DNA of 64,000 nt from NCBI GenBank assembly GCA_031360885.1, contig JANMCC010000197.1, positions 1,026-65,025 of the forward strand, given 5' to 3'. A program made the position numbers and the translations under genes. Shown here piece after piece: positions 30,528-38,642 of the stretch. The number at the start of each line of letters is the position of its first letter. Position 1 is the first letter of the stretch. The stretch is from Burkholderiales bacterium. GTDB taxonomy: Bacteria > Pseudomonadota > Gammaproteobacteria > Burkholderiales > Burkholderiaceae_C. Below the pieces are notes generated by a model. It was given only the letters and a program-made list of their open reading frames with translations. It did no database searches and had not been told where the DNA came from.

Positions 30528-31516
30528 GGTGCACTGGTTGCGGGCGTCCCGCTGCGCGTCTTCCACAACGAGACCAGGACGCCACCGGCGATCAGCCCAA
30601 AGGTCACCGTGAGCGAAAGCGCAGGCGGGAACTTGCCGACGAAGCCGACCAGAAAGATCTTGGCGCCGATGAAGACCAGCACCAGGGCAAGCGCATATTT
30701 GAGGTACTTGAAGCGGTGGATCATCGCGGCCAGCGCGAAGTACAGCGCGCGCAGCCCGAGGATCGCGAAGATATTGCTGGTGTAGACGATGAAAGGGTCG
30801 GTGGTGATGGCGAAGATCGCCGGCACCGAGTCGACAGCGAACACCAGATCGACGAACTCGATCAGCAGCAGCGCCAGGAACAGCGGCGTCGCCCAGAGGG
30901 TCGCACGGCCGGTGCGCGGATCGGCCTGGCGCACCCAGAACGCATTTCCATGCAGCGTATCGGTCACGCGCAGGTGCTTGCGCAGGAATCTCAGCAGCGG
31001 GTTGCCGGCGATGTCAGGCACGTGGTCGGCAAGCCTCCACATCTTGATGCCCGTCACCACGAGGAAGGCACCGAAGAGGTAGAGCACCCAGCTGAACTGA
31101 CTCACCAGCATCGCGCCCAATCCGATCATGATCGCGCGCAGTACGATCACGCCCACGATCCCCCAGAACAACACCCGGTGCTGGTAGTGACGCGGAATCG
31201 CAAAGAACGAGAAGATCAGGGCGATGACGAACACGTTGTCCATCGACAAGGACTTCTCGATCATGAAGCCCGTCAGGTAGGCGATGCCACTGGGCTCGCC
31301 CAGGTACCACCACACCCAGGCGCCGAAGCACAGGGCCACCGTGATGTAGCCCGACGACAGAAGCAGGCTCTCCCTGACGCCGATCTCGTGATCGTCCTTG
31401 TGCAGCACTCCCAGGTCGAAGGCGAGCAGCGCAGCGACGATGGCGACGAAGGCCAGCCAGACCCAGGCAGCCTTGCCGAGTACATCGGCAGCGAGCAATG
31501 AACTGAGGAGATCCAT
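30524..31516 (-). CDS. TerC/Alx-family membrane protein
   Basis: EKSLSMDNVFV, YQHRVLFWG, DLVFAVDSVPAIFAITTDPFIVYTSNIFAILGLRALYF. Confidence 0.95.
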   Translation of the reverse strand: MDLLSSLLAADVLGKAAWVWLAFVAIVAALLAFDLGVLHKDDHEIGVRESLLLSSGYITVALCFGAWVWWYLGEPSGIAYLTGFMIEKSLSMDNVFVIALIFSFFAIPRHYQHRVLFWGIVGVIVLRAIMIGLGAMLVSQFSWVLYLFGAFLVVTGIKMWRLADHVPDIAGNPLLRFLRKHLRVTDTLHGNAFWVRQADPRTGRATLWATPLFLALLLIEFVDLVFAVDSVPAIFAITTDPFIVYTSNIFAILGLRALYFALAAMIHRFKYLKYALALVLVFIGAKIFLVGFVGKFPPALSLTVTFGLIAGGVLVSLWKTRSGTPATSAP

Positions 31517-31644
31517 GGACTTTGCGGGTGTTGAAATTCGAACAAGACCGACGCGATCCGGAACGGATGAAGGGGTCGCGGCGCCCGCTGGCGCCGGACG
31601 ATGGCCGCATGCGAACGATCCTGTACCGAGCCGGGCGCCGGTGG

Positions 31645-32061
31645 CTAGCGTGGCGCTGGCGAGTCCAGCATCTGCCGGTGCAGCCCCCAATGCTCGACGG
31701 CGTTGACGAGCACGACCGATTCACCGTCGGCAACGTGGCCATCGGCTTCCACGACCGCCACGCACAGCTTGAGTACGCGGCGGCGCAGCAGCGGATCGTC
31801 GACCTCGGCCATGAGCTGACCCAGCATCTCCGGCTCGATCTGCCCGGCGTCGCCCCAGTGCGAATTCCGGGCCTGAAGCAGGTCTTCGCAGAAGCTCTGC
31901 AGCAGCGAATTCATCTCTTCGGGAGCGATGCCGAGTTGCCCGTAGGCTCCCAGCCGATCGAGCATTTCGAGTTCGGTCCTCGATACATGGCCGTCGGCCA
32001 CGAGGGCCAATGCAACGATCCGGGCAGCTGCCTGCGGGCTGTTGGTCGGGTAATGGCGCAT
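31645..32061 (-). CDS. TerB-like family protein
   Basis: ADGHVSRTE and ADGHVADGE repeated motifs. Confidence 0.8.
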   Translation of the reverse strand: MRHYPTNSPQAAARIVALALVADGHVSRTELEMLDRLGAYGQLGIAPEEMNSLLQSFCEDLLQARNSHWGDAGQIEPEMLGQLMAEVDDPLLRRRVLKLCVAVVEADGHVADGESVVLVNAVEHWGLHRQMLDSPAPR

Positions 32062-32145
32062 GGGGTTTCCTTTGACAGATCAGTTGAAGGTGCCGTCGAG
32101 CCACGAACTTGTGCGGGGCGCGAACCGAGGCGACTTGTTGTGCAA

Positions 32146-32847
32146 TCACTCGTCGGAGCCGCCCAGGCCGAAGAGGCTGAGCAGGCTGGCGAACAGGTTG
32201 AAGATCGAGACGTACAAACCAACTGTCGCCAACACGTAGTTGGTTTCGCCACCGTGAACGATTCGGCTGGTCTCGACCAGGATCAGACCGGCCGACAGCA
32301 GCGCGACCATCGCTGTGACCACCAGTCCCAGCATCGGAACCTGGAGGAACACGGCGGCGAGTCCAGCGAGTAGCGCGACGACCATGCCGGCGAACAGGAA
32401 GCCGCCCATGAAGCTGAAGTCGCGCCGTGTGGTCAGCACCCAGGCGGACAGCGCGAGGAAGATTGCACCGGTGGCGGCCAGGGCCATCGCGACGATCTGC
32501 CCGCCCCCCGGCAAGGTCATCACCTTGGCCAGCAACGGACCGAGCGTGTAACCCATGAATCCGGTCAGGCCGAACACGGCCGGCAGCGCCCATGCGGAAT
32601 TCTTCAGTCGATAGACCGCGAAGAGCAGGCCGAAGTAGCCTGCCAGGGTCAGCAAGATGCCCGGTGCGGGCCATTGCGACGCTGCGCTCATGGCAGCGAC
32701 GCCGGCACTGAACAGCAGTGTCAGCGACAGCAGCGCATAAGTGTTGCGCAGCACGCGCGAAGTCACGCTCGCCGCCAGGGTCGGCGGGGTGGCCACCATC
32801 GGCAGAGTCGTCGCGGCGGCGTTCGAGATGGGAGTGCGGGGTTGCAT
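32146..32847 (-). CDS. Bax inhibitor-1/YccA family membrane protein
   Basis: VLRNTYALLSLTL, GGETNYVLATVGLYVSIFNLF. Confidence 0.92.
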   Translation of the reverse strand: MQPRTPISNAAATTLPMVATPPTLAASVTSRVLRNTYALLSLTLLFSAGVAAMSAASQWPAPGILLTLAGYFGLLFAVYRLKNSAWALPAVFGLTGFMGYTLGPLLAKVMTLPGGGQIVAMALAATGAIFLALSAWVLTTRRDFSFMGGFLFAGMVVALLAGLAAVFLQVPMLGLVVTAMVALLSAGLILVETSRIVHGGETNYVLATVGLYVSIFNLFASLLSLFGLGGSDE

Positions 32848-32876
32848 GTCATTTGCTCCTTGGAACATGGGTGCGA

Positions 32877-33218
32877 TCAGCGGTCAAAGGCAACGACGCG
32901 TCGCCCCGGCTCGCGAGGACCACCACCGCGACGCCAAAGGCGCAGCAGCAGGCGGGTTGCGCGGCAGAGTGCGCTGTCGAGTGCCGTGCGCCAGTCGCGC
33001 GCCATCGCGGTGACGACGACTGTCCCGCGGCCGTCGGTCCGCAGATGGATCTGGCACCGCTTGTCCACTCCGCCGCGCGGACCATTGACATCGGACAGCT
33101 GAACAGTGGCACGGGGGACCAGCCAGTTCAGACGCCGCATGACGAAGCGCACGCGGCGCACCGCCAGGTCGCGAAATTCGTTCGCTTCGCAGTCGCGGGA
33201 GCTGAAGAGCACTTGCAT
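32877..33218 (-). CDS. HPF/RaiA-like ribosome-associated protein
   Basis: LSDVNGPRGGVDKRC motif; GGAGG RBS upstream. Confidence 0.8.
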   Translation of the reverse strand: MQVLFSSRDCEANEFRDLAVRRVRFVMRRLNWLVPRATVQLSDVNGPRGGVDKRCQIHLRTDGRGTVVVTAMARDWRTALDSALCRATRLLLRLWRRGGGPREPGRRVVAFDR

Positions 33219-33267
33219 CGAGGACCTCCGTCGGTTGAACATGGCAGCACGATAAATTTCCGACGCA

Positions 33268-33309
33268 TTCTGAAAAAGCAGAGAATCAGGTACCCATGCT
33301 TCTGTAAAA
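33268..33309. promoter_or_regulatory. Two direct-repeat boxes (TTCTGAAAAA at 33268, TTCTGTAAAA at 33300); candidate LysR sites
   Basis: Same motif and about 32-bp spacing as in the dabB/LysR intergenic region. Confidence 0.5.
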
Positions 33310-33310
33310 C

Positions 33311-34189
33311 ATGAGCCTCGACTTCAGCTACCGCCACCTGTACTACTTCTGGGTCGTCGGCAAGGAAGGTGGCATCACCCGCGCCGCAGACCGGCTTGGC
33401 ATGGCCGTGCAGACGGTCAGCACACAGGTCCGCGAACTTGAGCGAACGCTGGGATATGCGTTGCTGAAGTCGGTGGGGCGCGGGATCGCCCTTACCGAGG
33501 CGGGCGAGGCTGCAATGCGCCAGGCCGAGCAGATATTTGCGCTCGGGGAGCAACTGCCTCAACTCGTGCGCGAAGCGGCCAGCGTGCCCAGTGTTCGATT
33601 GACCGTGGGTGTCTCCGACGGTGTTCCGAAGCTGGTGGTGAAGGCACTGCTACAGCCAGCGCTGGAGCAGCCGCACCTGCGCTTGCTCTGTCACGAGGGG
33701 GAGTTCGACGACCTGCTGGCCGATCTCGCGCTGCACCGGGTGGACGTTGTGTTGTCGGACCGCGCAGCGGTGTCCAGCGCCACTTTGAAGGTTCACAGCC
33801 ATCCGCTCGGCTCCTCGGAACTTGCCTGGTATGCGCCGCCCGCGCTGGCGGCCGCCGCCAAACGGGGGTTCCCGCGGTCTCTGGCCAAGGTCCCTGTGCT
33901 CTTGCCGACCACTCACGCCGCAGCACGCGGCCTGCTGGATCAATGGTTCGAGCATCAGGGCGTGCGACCCAACACCGTAGGCGAGTTCGAGGACAGTGCG
34001 CTCTTGAAGACCTTTGGCGCCGGCGGCATGGGCGTATTTCCCGCCGTGAGTCTTGTTCACGAGGACTTGATCAAGGGTTACGGCGTCAAACTCATAGGAA
34101 CCTGCGAAGGCGTCGAGGAGCGATTCTTTGCCATCGCGGCACATCGAAAGGTCCAGCACCCCTTGGTCCAGCGGCTGCTGAAGGGCTGA
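33311..34189 (+). CDS. LysR-family regulator (NhaR-like)
   Basis: YRHLYYFWVVGKEGGITRAADRL, GEFEDSALLKTFG. Confidence 0.95.
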   Translation: MSLDFSYRHLYYFWVVGKEGGITRAADRLGMAVQTVSTQVRELERTLGYALLKSVGRGIALTEAGEAAMRQAEQIFALGEQLPQLVREAASVPSVRLTVGVSDGVPKLVVKALLQPALEQPHLRLLCHEGEFDDLLADLALHRVDVVLSDRAAVSSATLKVHSHPLGSSELAWYAPPALAAAAKRGFPRSLAKVPVLLPTTHAAARGLLDQWFEHQGVRPNTVGEFEDSALLKTFGAGGMGVFPAVSLVHEDLIKGYGVKLIGTCEGVEERFFAIAAHRKVQHPLVQRLLKG

Positions 34190-34314
34190 TCGGCCGACGA
34201 TCCCGGCGACACGATCGGACGTCGATGGGTACAAGTCCGGGAAGATCCTCGTCTTCCAATGTCTCGCCCGGAATGCCTCCTCTCGCGCGCCCGGGCCGCC
34301 CGCCCTCGCGTACG

Positions 34315-34806
34315 ATGTTCGCGATGCAGGACATGCTCGCGCTCTCGGCTTCGCTTCCCGTCGTCGAGCTCGCGCCGGGAGACGTGGTCGTCCGCGAAGG
34401 CGGCTCCTCCGGCGGTCTGTGGATCCTGGTCTCGGGCGCGCTGCAGGTTCGCAAGGGCACGGTCGTGGTCAACACGGTCACGCGCCCCGGCGCGCTGATC
34501 GGCGAGATCGCGCTGCTGCTCGACGCGGCAAACGGCGCCACCGTCGAGGCGACCGAACCGAGCGTGCTGCGCCATGCCGTCGACGGCCGGGCGCTGCTGG
34601 CCAGCGACCCGACGATCTCGCGACTGGTGGCGATCGGCCTGGCCGAGCGGCTGAACTTCGTCACGACCTACCTCGCCGACCTGAAGCAGCAGTACGGCGA
34701 CGCGCCGGGCCTTTCGATGGTCAACGACGTGCTGGCGCAGCTCGCGCAGCGCCAGGCGCCGATGGCCCGGCCGGGTTCGGCGCGCGACCCCGACCCGGAG
34801 TACTGA
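34315..34806 (+). CDS. Stand-alone cyclic nucleotide-binding domain protein (no HTH)
   Basis: PGDVVVREG, LWILVSGALQV, PGALIGEIALL..ATVEA; start at 34315 or 34324. Confidence 0.85.
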   Translation: MFAMQDMLALSASLPVVELAPGDVVVREGGSSGGLWILVSGALQVRKGTVVVNTVTRPGALIGEIALLLDAANGATVEATEPSVLRHAVDGRALLASDPTISRLVAIGLAERLNFVTTYLADLKQQYGDAPGLSMVNDVLAQLAQRQAPMARPGSARDPDPEY

Positions 34807-34833
34807 GCCCCCGCCGCGGCGGTGGCCGCAGCG

Positions 34834-35583
34834 TCAGAACACGGTTCGTTCCGGCGCCCGCGCCGCCGCCAGGCTGAGGCTCTCGCTGCCCATCATCGAT
34901 CGCCACGAAGCCGTTCCCTGCGCGAGATCGATCTCGACATGGCACGGCACCGGGCCGATCTGCCGGCCGGCGTTGAACACCCAGGTCGCGCCGATCCGGT
35001 CGGCCCACGATCCCTCGGGCTTGAACGGCGACTCGTGGACGTGGCCGGTGAGGACGAGGTCGGGCCGGAACGCCTCGATCCAGCCGCCGACATCGGCATC
35101 GCCGTAGTGGCGCTTGCCGGTCCAGCAGGTCGGCGAGCCGAGCGGCGGCCAGTGATAGACCCAGACCCAGCGCTTGGGCCGGCGCAGCGCATCGGCCGCG
35201 AGCTGCGCTTCGAGGGCGGCGCGGCCGGCCGGCCCGTCCCACCACGGGCAGATCGTGACCAGCGTGTCGCCGATCGTCAGCGAATCGCCGTCGGTCGGCA
35301 CGCCGCTGGCGCGGGCCTCGGCCAGCCACAGCGCCGACTGCTCGCCGCGCGCGTCGGGACCGGTGAGGTCGTGGTTGCCCGAGCCGATGACGACCCTGCC
35401 CGCCGCCTGCAGCAGCGCGAGATAGCGCCGGATGACGACCGATTGCGCGTCGAGCGAGACCGTCGAGCTGATGTCGAGCTGGTCGCCTGCGAGCACGACG
35501 AGGTCGAAGGAAGGGGCCGAGCGCACCACCCAGTCGAGCTGGGGCAAGGTGTAGTGAAGATCGGAGACCAGCAGGATGCGCAC
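34834..35583 (-). CDS. Calcineurin-like metallophosphoesterase (Icc/CpdA-like)
   Basis: All five motifs: SDLH, GDQLD, GNHD, YHWPP, GHVHE. Confidence 0.92.
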   Translation of the reverse strand: MRILLVSDLHYTLPQLDWVVRSAPSFDLVVLAGDQLDISSTVSLDAQSVVIRRYLALLQAAGRVVIGSGNHDLTGPDARGEQSALWLAEARASGVPTDGDSLTIGDTLVTICPWWDGPAGRAALEAQLAADALRRPKRWVWVYHWPPLGSPTCWTGKRHYGDADVGGWIEAFRPDLVLTGHVHESPFKPEGSWADRIGATWVFNAGRQIGPVPCHVEIDLAQGTASWRSMMGSESLSLAAARAPERTVF

Positions 35584-35593
35584 GACGGCGGCT

Positions 35594-37636
35594 TCAGGAC
35601 TCGAGCCGGAACAGGCGCATCCAGGAATCCGGCTCCGACGATCCCTTCTTCCTGACGTTGAACAGTTCGTCGCCGCCGGGCGCGGCGATCGGCGAGGTGC
35701 GCCAGAGCGACGGCCGCTCCATGAACTGGGCGCGGAAGGCTTCGGTGGCCCAGATCTGGCCCGGCTCGACGATCGGCTCGACCCGTGCCGCGCAGAGGAT
35801 CGCCTCGCCGCCGACGATCTCGGTCTTCCCGTCGGCGTCGCCCTGGCGCGTCTGCACCTCGCCGTGGTGCAGGGCGATGCGCAGGCGCGGGTGGCCGGGC
35901 GCCTGGTACACGTCGTCCATCAGGTGTCGCGCCATCTGCGCCAGGGCCACCGGATCGTCGGCGGCGATGAGCACGGCGTCGCCCGAGCACACCTCGACGA
36001 TCGCGGTCGCCGGCGTCCAGCGCAGCACCGCCTCCTCGAGGGCGCGGCGCACCGGTGCGTCCTGGCCGCTGCGCATGAAGCCCGAGAAGGCGTGGATGTC
36101 CGCCTTCAGGACGCAGCAGGGGCGCACGTTCAGCGTCCGGTCGACCTGCAGCGTCTCCCGCCAGGGCCGGTCGTAGCCGACGACGTTGGTCCGGTCGACG
36201 CGCTGCAGGAAGGCGGGATTGATGCGCCCGATCAGGTCGACCAGCACCGGGTGGACGAGGTAGTGCGGCGCGCGCGGCAGGGCGCCGTCGGTCTCCAGGG
36301 TCGCTTCGCCAGGCCGGAGGAACCGCTGGCGCCATTCGCCGCGCACCCGGTCGTGCTGCACGTAGCCGAGCAGGCCGACCCGGTAGAGCGCGTTCAGCGG
36401 GTCGGCGCCGGCGCCGTCGCGGCCGCTGGCGGCGACGATGGCATCGGCCTCGGCGCGGCTGACGATCTGGCCGGGAAGGTGCGGGAAGACCGCCTCGGTC
36501 TCGAGCCCGGCGACATAGGGAGCGATCTCGGCCAGGTACTCGTGCGCGATCTCGGTCGCCGAGTGATGTATCGCTTCCTTCATGCGGTACTCGTTGCGCC
36601 GCTCGTCGGGGCGCAGCGCGGCGAGGCGCTCGCCGATCGTCATCAGGTCACGCGGCCTGAGCAGCGTGTGCCGGCAGACGTACTCGAACACGTCCTCCTC
36701 CTCGCGGGTGGCGGTGTCGATGACGCTGGTCCGTCCGAAGAAGGCCTCGAGCGGCCGGCTCTTCGCCAGGTCGGGGCGGACCATGTACTCGCTTCGCACG
36801 AGGCGCACGTTGTTGACGAAGATCTCGTGCAGGCTCTCGGGCGAATAGACGATGTCGACGGCGCTGCCGCGGTACTGCTGCGCCATCGCCGTGCGCTGCG
36901 GCAGCCGGGCGTAGGCTTCCTTCCTGATCGCCGCGAACACCTTGAGGTGGTGGTTGATGCGGCGCAGCTGGTAGGCGACCTCGACCAGGCCGAGCTGCGA
37001 GAAGTACCAGACGTTGGGCGACAGCTCGCCGGTGACGCTCGGGCTGGCCGGCCCGTCCTCGACATGCTTGTTGAAGTATTCGTCGATGCCGTCGATGAAG
37101 AGAGCCAGCGGCGCGTTGAGCGCCCTGAGGCGTGGCACGAGGTGGCCATCCGTGTCGTTGGCGGCGCGCTGCAGCTCGCTCGGCGTGAAGTCGAGCAGGC
37201 GCACGAAATGGTCGATGACGCTGTGCAGCTGCGCGTCGGCCACCAGGCCGGCGAGCTTGGGCCCGACCACCAGGTCCCGATGCGCGCCGACATGCTTGAG
37301 CACCGCCAGGGCGATGGCCGAGAGCCACAGCTTCGACCACGGCAAGGGCGAGGTCGCCAGCAAGGCGATCGCCTCGCGGCCGAAGATCTTGTCGCCGATC
37401 GGCTTGTCGAGCAGGTTGCCGGTGGGCAGGCAGGTCGCGTTGCCCTCGCGCTGCAAGAGTACGCGCTTGGCTTTCAGGAGCAGCGTCTTGCCGAAGCCCT
37501 TGGTGCCGATGACGATGAACTTGTCGTCACGATCCGGGCTGAGGAAGCCCTCGATCTCGGGCGTGCGGTGCAACAGCGACTCGTCGAAGTCCTCGGCGAC
37601 ACGAATGTCGTCGGCATCCACGGTCCACGCGCGCAT
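35594..37636 (-). CDS. P-loop ATPase fused to a C-terminal class III nucleotidyl cyclase domain
   Basis: Walker A GTKGFGKT, Walker B LFIDGIDE; C-terminal LKADIHAFS, SGDAV, LRIALHHGEV, AARVEPIVEPGQIWATE; GGGAGGA RBS. Confidence 0.85.
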   Translation of the reverse strand: MRAWTVDADDIRVAEDFDESLLHRTPEIEGFLSPDRDDKFIVIGTKGFGKTLLLKAKRVLLQREGNATCLPTGNLLDKPIGDKIFGREAIALLATSPLPWSKLWLSAIALAVLKHVGAHRDLVVGPKLAGLVADAQLHSVIDHFVRLLDFTPSELQRAANDTDGHLVPRLRALNAPLALFIDGIDEYFNKHVEDGPASPSVTGELSPNVWYFSQLGLVEVAYQLRRINHHLKVFAAIRKEAYARLPQRTAMAQQYRGSAVDIVYSPESLHEIFVNNVRLVRSEYMVRPDLAKSRPLEAFFGRTSVIDTATREEEDVFEYVCRHTLLRPRDLMTIGERLAALRPDERRNEYRMKEAIHHSATEIAHEYLAEIAPYVAGLETEAVFPHLPGQIVSRAEADAIVAASGRDGAGADPLNALYRVGLLGYVQHDRVRGEWRQRFLRPGEATLETDGALPRAPHYLVHPVLVDLIGRINPAFLQRVDRTNVVGYDRPWRETLQVDRTLNVRPCCVLKADIHAFSGFMRSGQDAPVRRALEEAVLRWTPATAIVEVCSGDAVLIAADDPVALAQMARHLMDDVYQAPGHPRLRIALHHGEVQTRQGDADGKTEIVGGEAILCAARVEPIVEPGQIWATEAFRAQFMERPSLWRTSPIAAPGGDELFNVRKKGSSEPDSWMRLFRLES

Positions 37637-37715
37637 AGTCCTCCCGTCAGCGTCCTGCGAACCAAGCATAGTGCGAAACCCGCGGGCAGAATGAAGACGG
37701 CATGAGGAACGACCC

Positions 37716-38642
37716 GTGAGCAGCGAGCGCTCGAGCGAATTCGGCTTCGCCGCCGCGCACGACGTGCCGGTGCCCTACCTGCGGCGCGTCGCCAGCTACT
37801 ACCAGGCGCTGGGCTACGGCGCGCCGTACGAGTGGGCGCACTACGCCGAGGTGCCGTTCCGGCCGCTGGAGAAGCCCTTGTCCGCTTGCCGCGTCGCCCT
37901 GGTCACGACGGCGGCGCCGTTCAGGCCCGGCGCGGGCGACCAGGGGCCTGGGGCGCCCTACAACGCGAAGGCCAAGTTCTTCGCGGCCTACTCGGGCGAC
38001 AGTGCGATCGACCCCGACCTGCGGATCTCGCACGTCGCCATCGACCGCCAGCACACCACGGCCGAAGACCCGGCGACCTACTTCCCGCTGGCCGCGCTGC
38101 GCCGCAGCGCCGCGGCCGGCCGGATCGGCTCGCTGGCGCCGCGCTTCCACGGCGCGCCCACCAACCGCAGCCATCGCACGACGCTCGCGGTCGACGCGCC
38201 CGAGATCGTGGCGCGCTGCCGGGCCGACGCGGTCGACGCCGCCGTCCTCGCTGCCAACTGCCCGGTCTGCCACCAGACCGTGAGCCTGGTGGCGCGCCTG
38301 CTCGAGCAGGCCGGAATCGCCACCGTCGTGATGGGCTGCGCCAAGGACATCGTCGAGCACGTGGGCGTGCCGCGCCTGCTGTTCTCCGACTTCCCGCTCG
38401 GCAACGCCGCCGGGCGGCCGAAGGACGAGGCGTCCCAGGCCTTCACGCTCGAGCTCGCCCTGCGCACGCTCGAGGCGGCGCCCGGGCCGCGCACCACGGT
38501 GCAGTCGCCGCTGCGCTGGAGCGAGAACGCCGACTGGAAGCTCGACTACTGCAACATCGAGCGCCTCGCCCCCGAGGAGATCCGCCGCCGGCGGGCCGAG
38601 TTCGACGCGGCGAAGGCACAGGCGAAGGAGCTGCAGGGATGA
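37716..38642 (+). CDS. Glycine/sarcosine/betaine/proline reductase component B-like protein (Cys homologue)
   Basis: RVALVTTA, YFPL, ANCPVCHQT, VPRLLFSDFPLGN; no in-frame TGA. Confidence 0.75.
   Translation: MSSERSSEFGFAAAHDVPVPYLRRVASYYQALGYGAPYEWAHYAEVPFRPLEKPLSACRVALVTTAAPFRPGAGDQGPGAPYNAKAKFFAAYSGDSAIDPDLRISHVAIDRQHTTAEDPATYFPLAALRRSAAAGRIGSLAPRFHGAPTNRSHRTTLAVDAPEIVARCRADAVDAAVLAANCPVCHQTVSLVARLLEQAGIATVVMGCAKDIVEHVGVPRLLFSDFPLGNAAGRPKDEASQAFTLELALRTLEAAPGPRTTVQSPLRWSENADWKLDYCNIERLAPEEIRRRRAEFDAAKAQAKELQG

Noticed and set aside
24333-34260. Lower-GC block as a bona fide mobile element
   Set aside because: No integrase, transposase, tRNA or terminal repeats seen; reported only as a compositional island.
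37716-38642. Selenocysteine recoding in the GrdB-like gene (also checked for SelO, 22818-24332)
   Set aside because: Both are open without in-frame TGA at the redox motif and have Cys there (CPVC; TFCGT).
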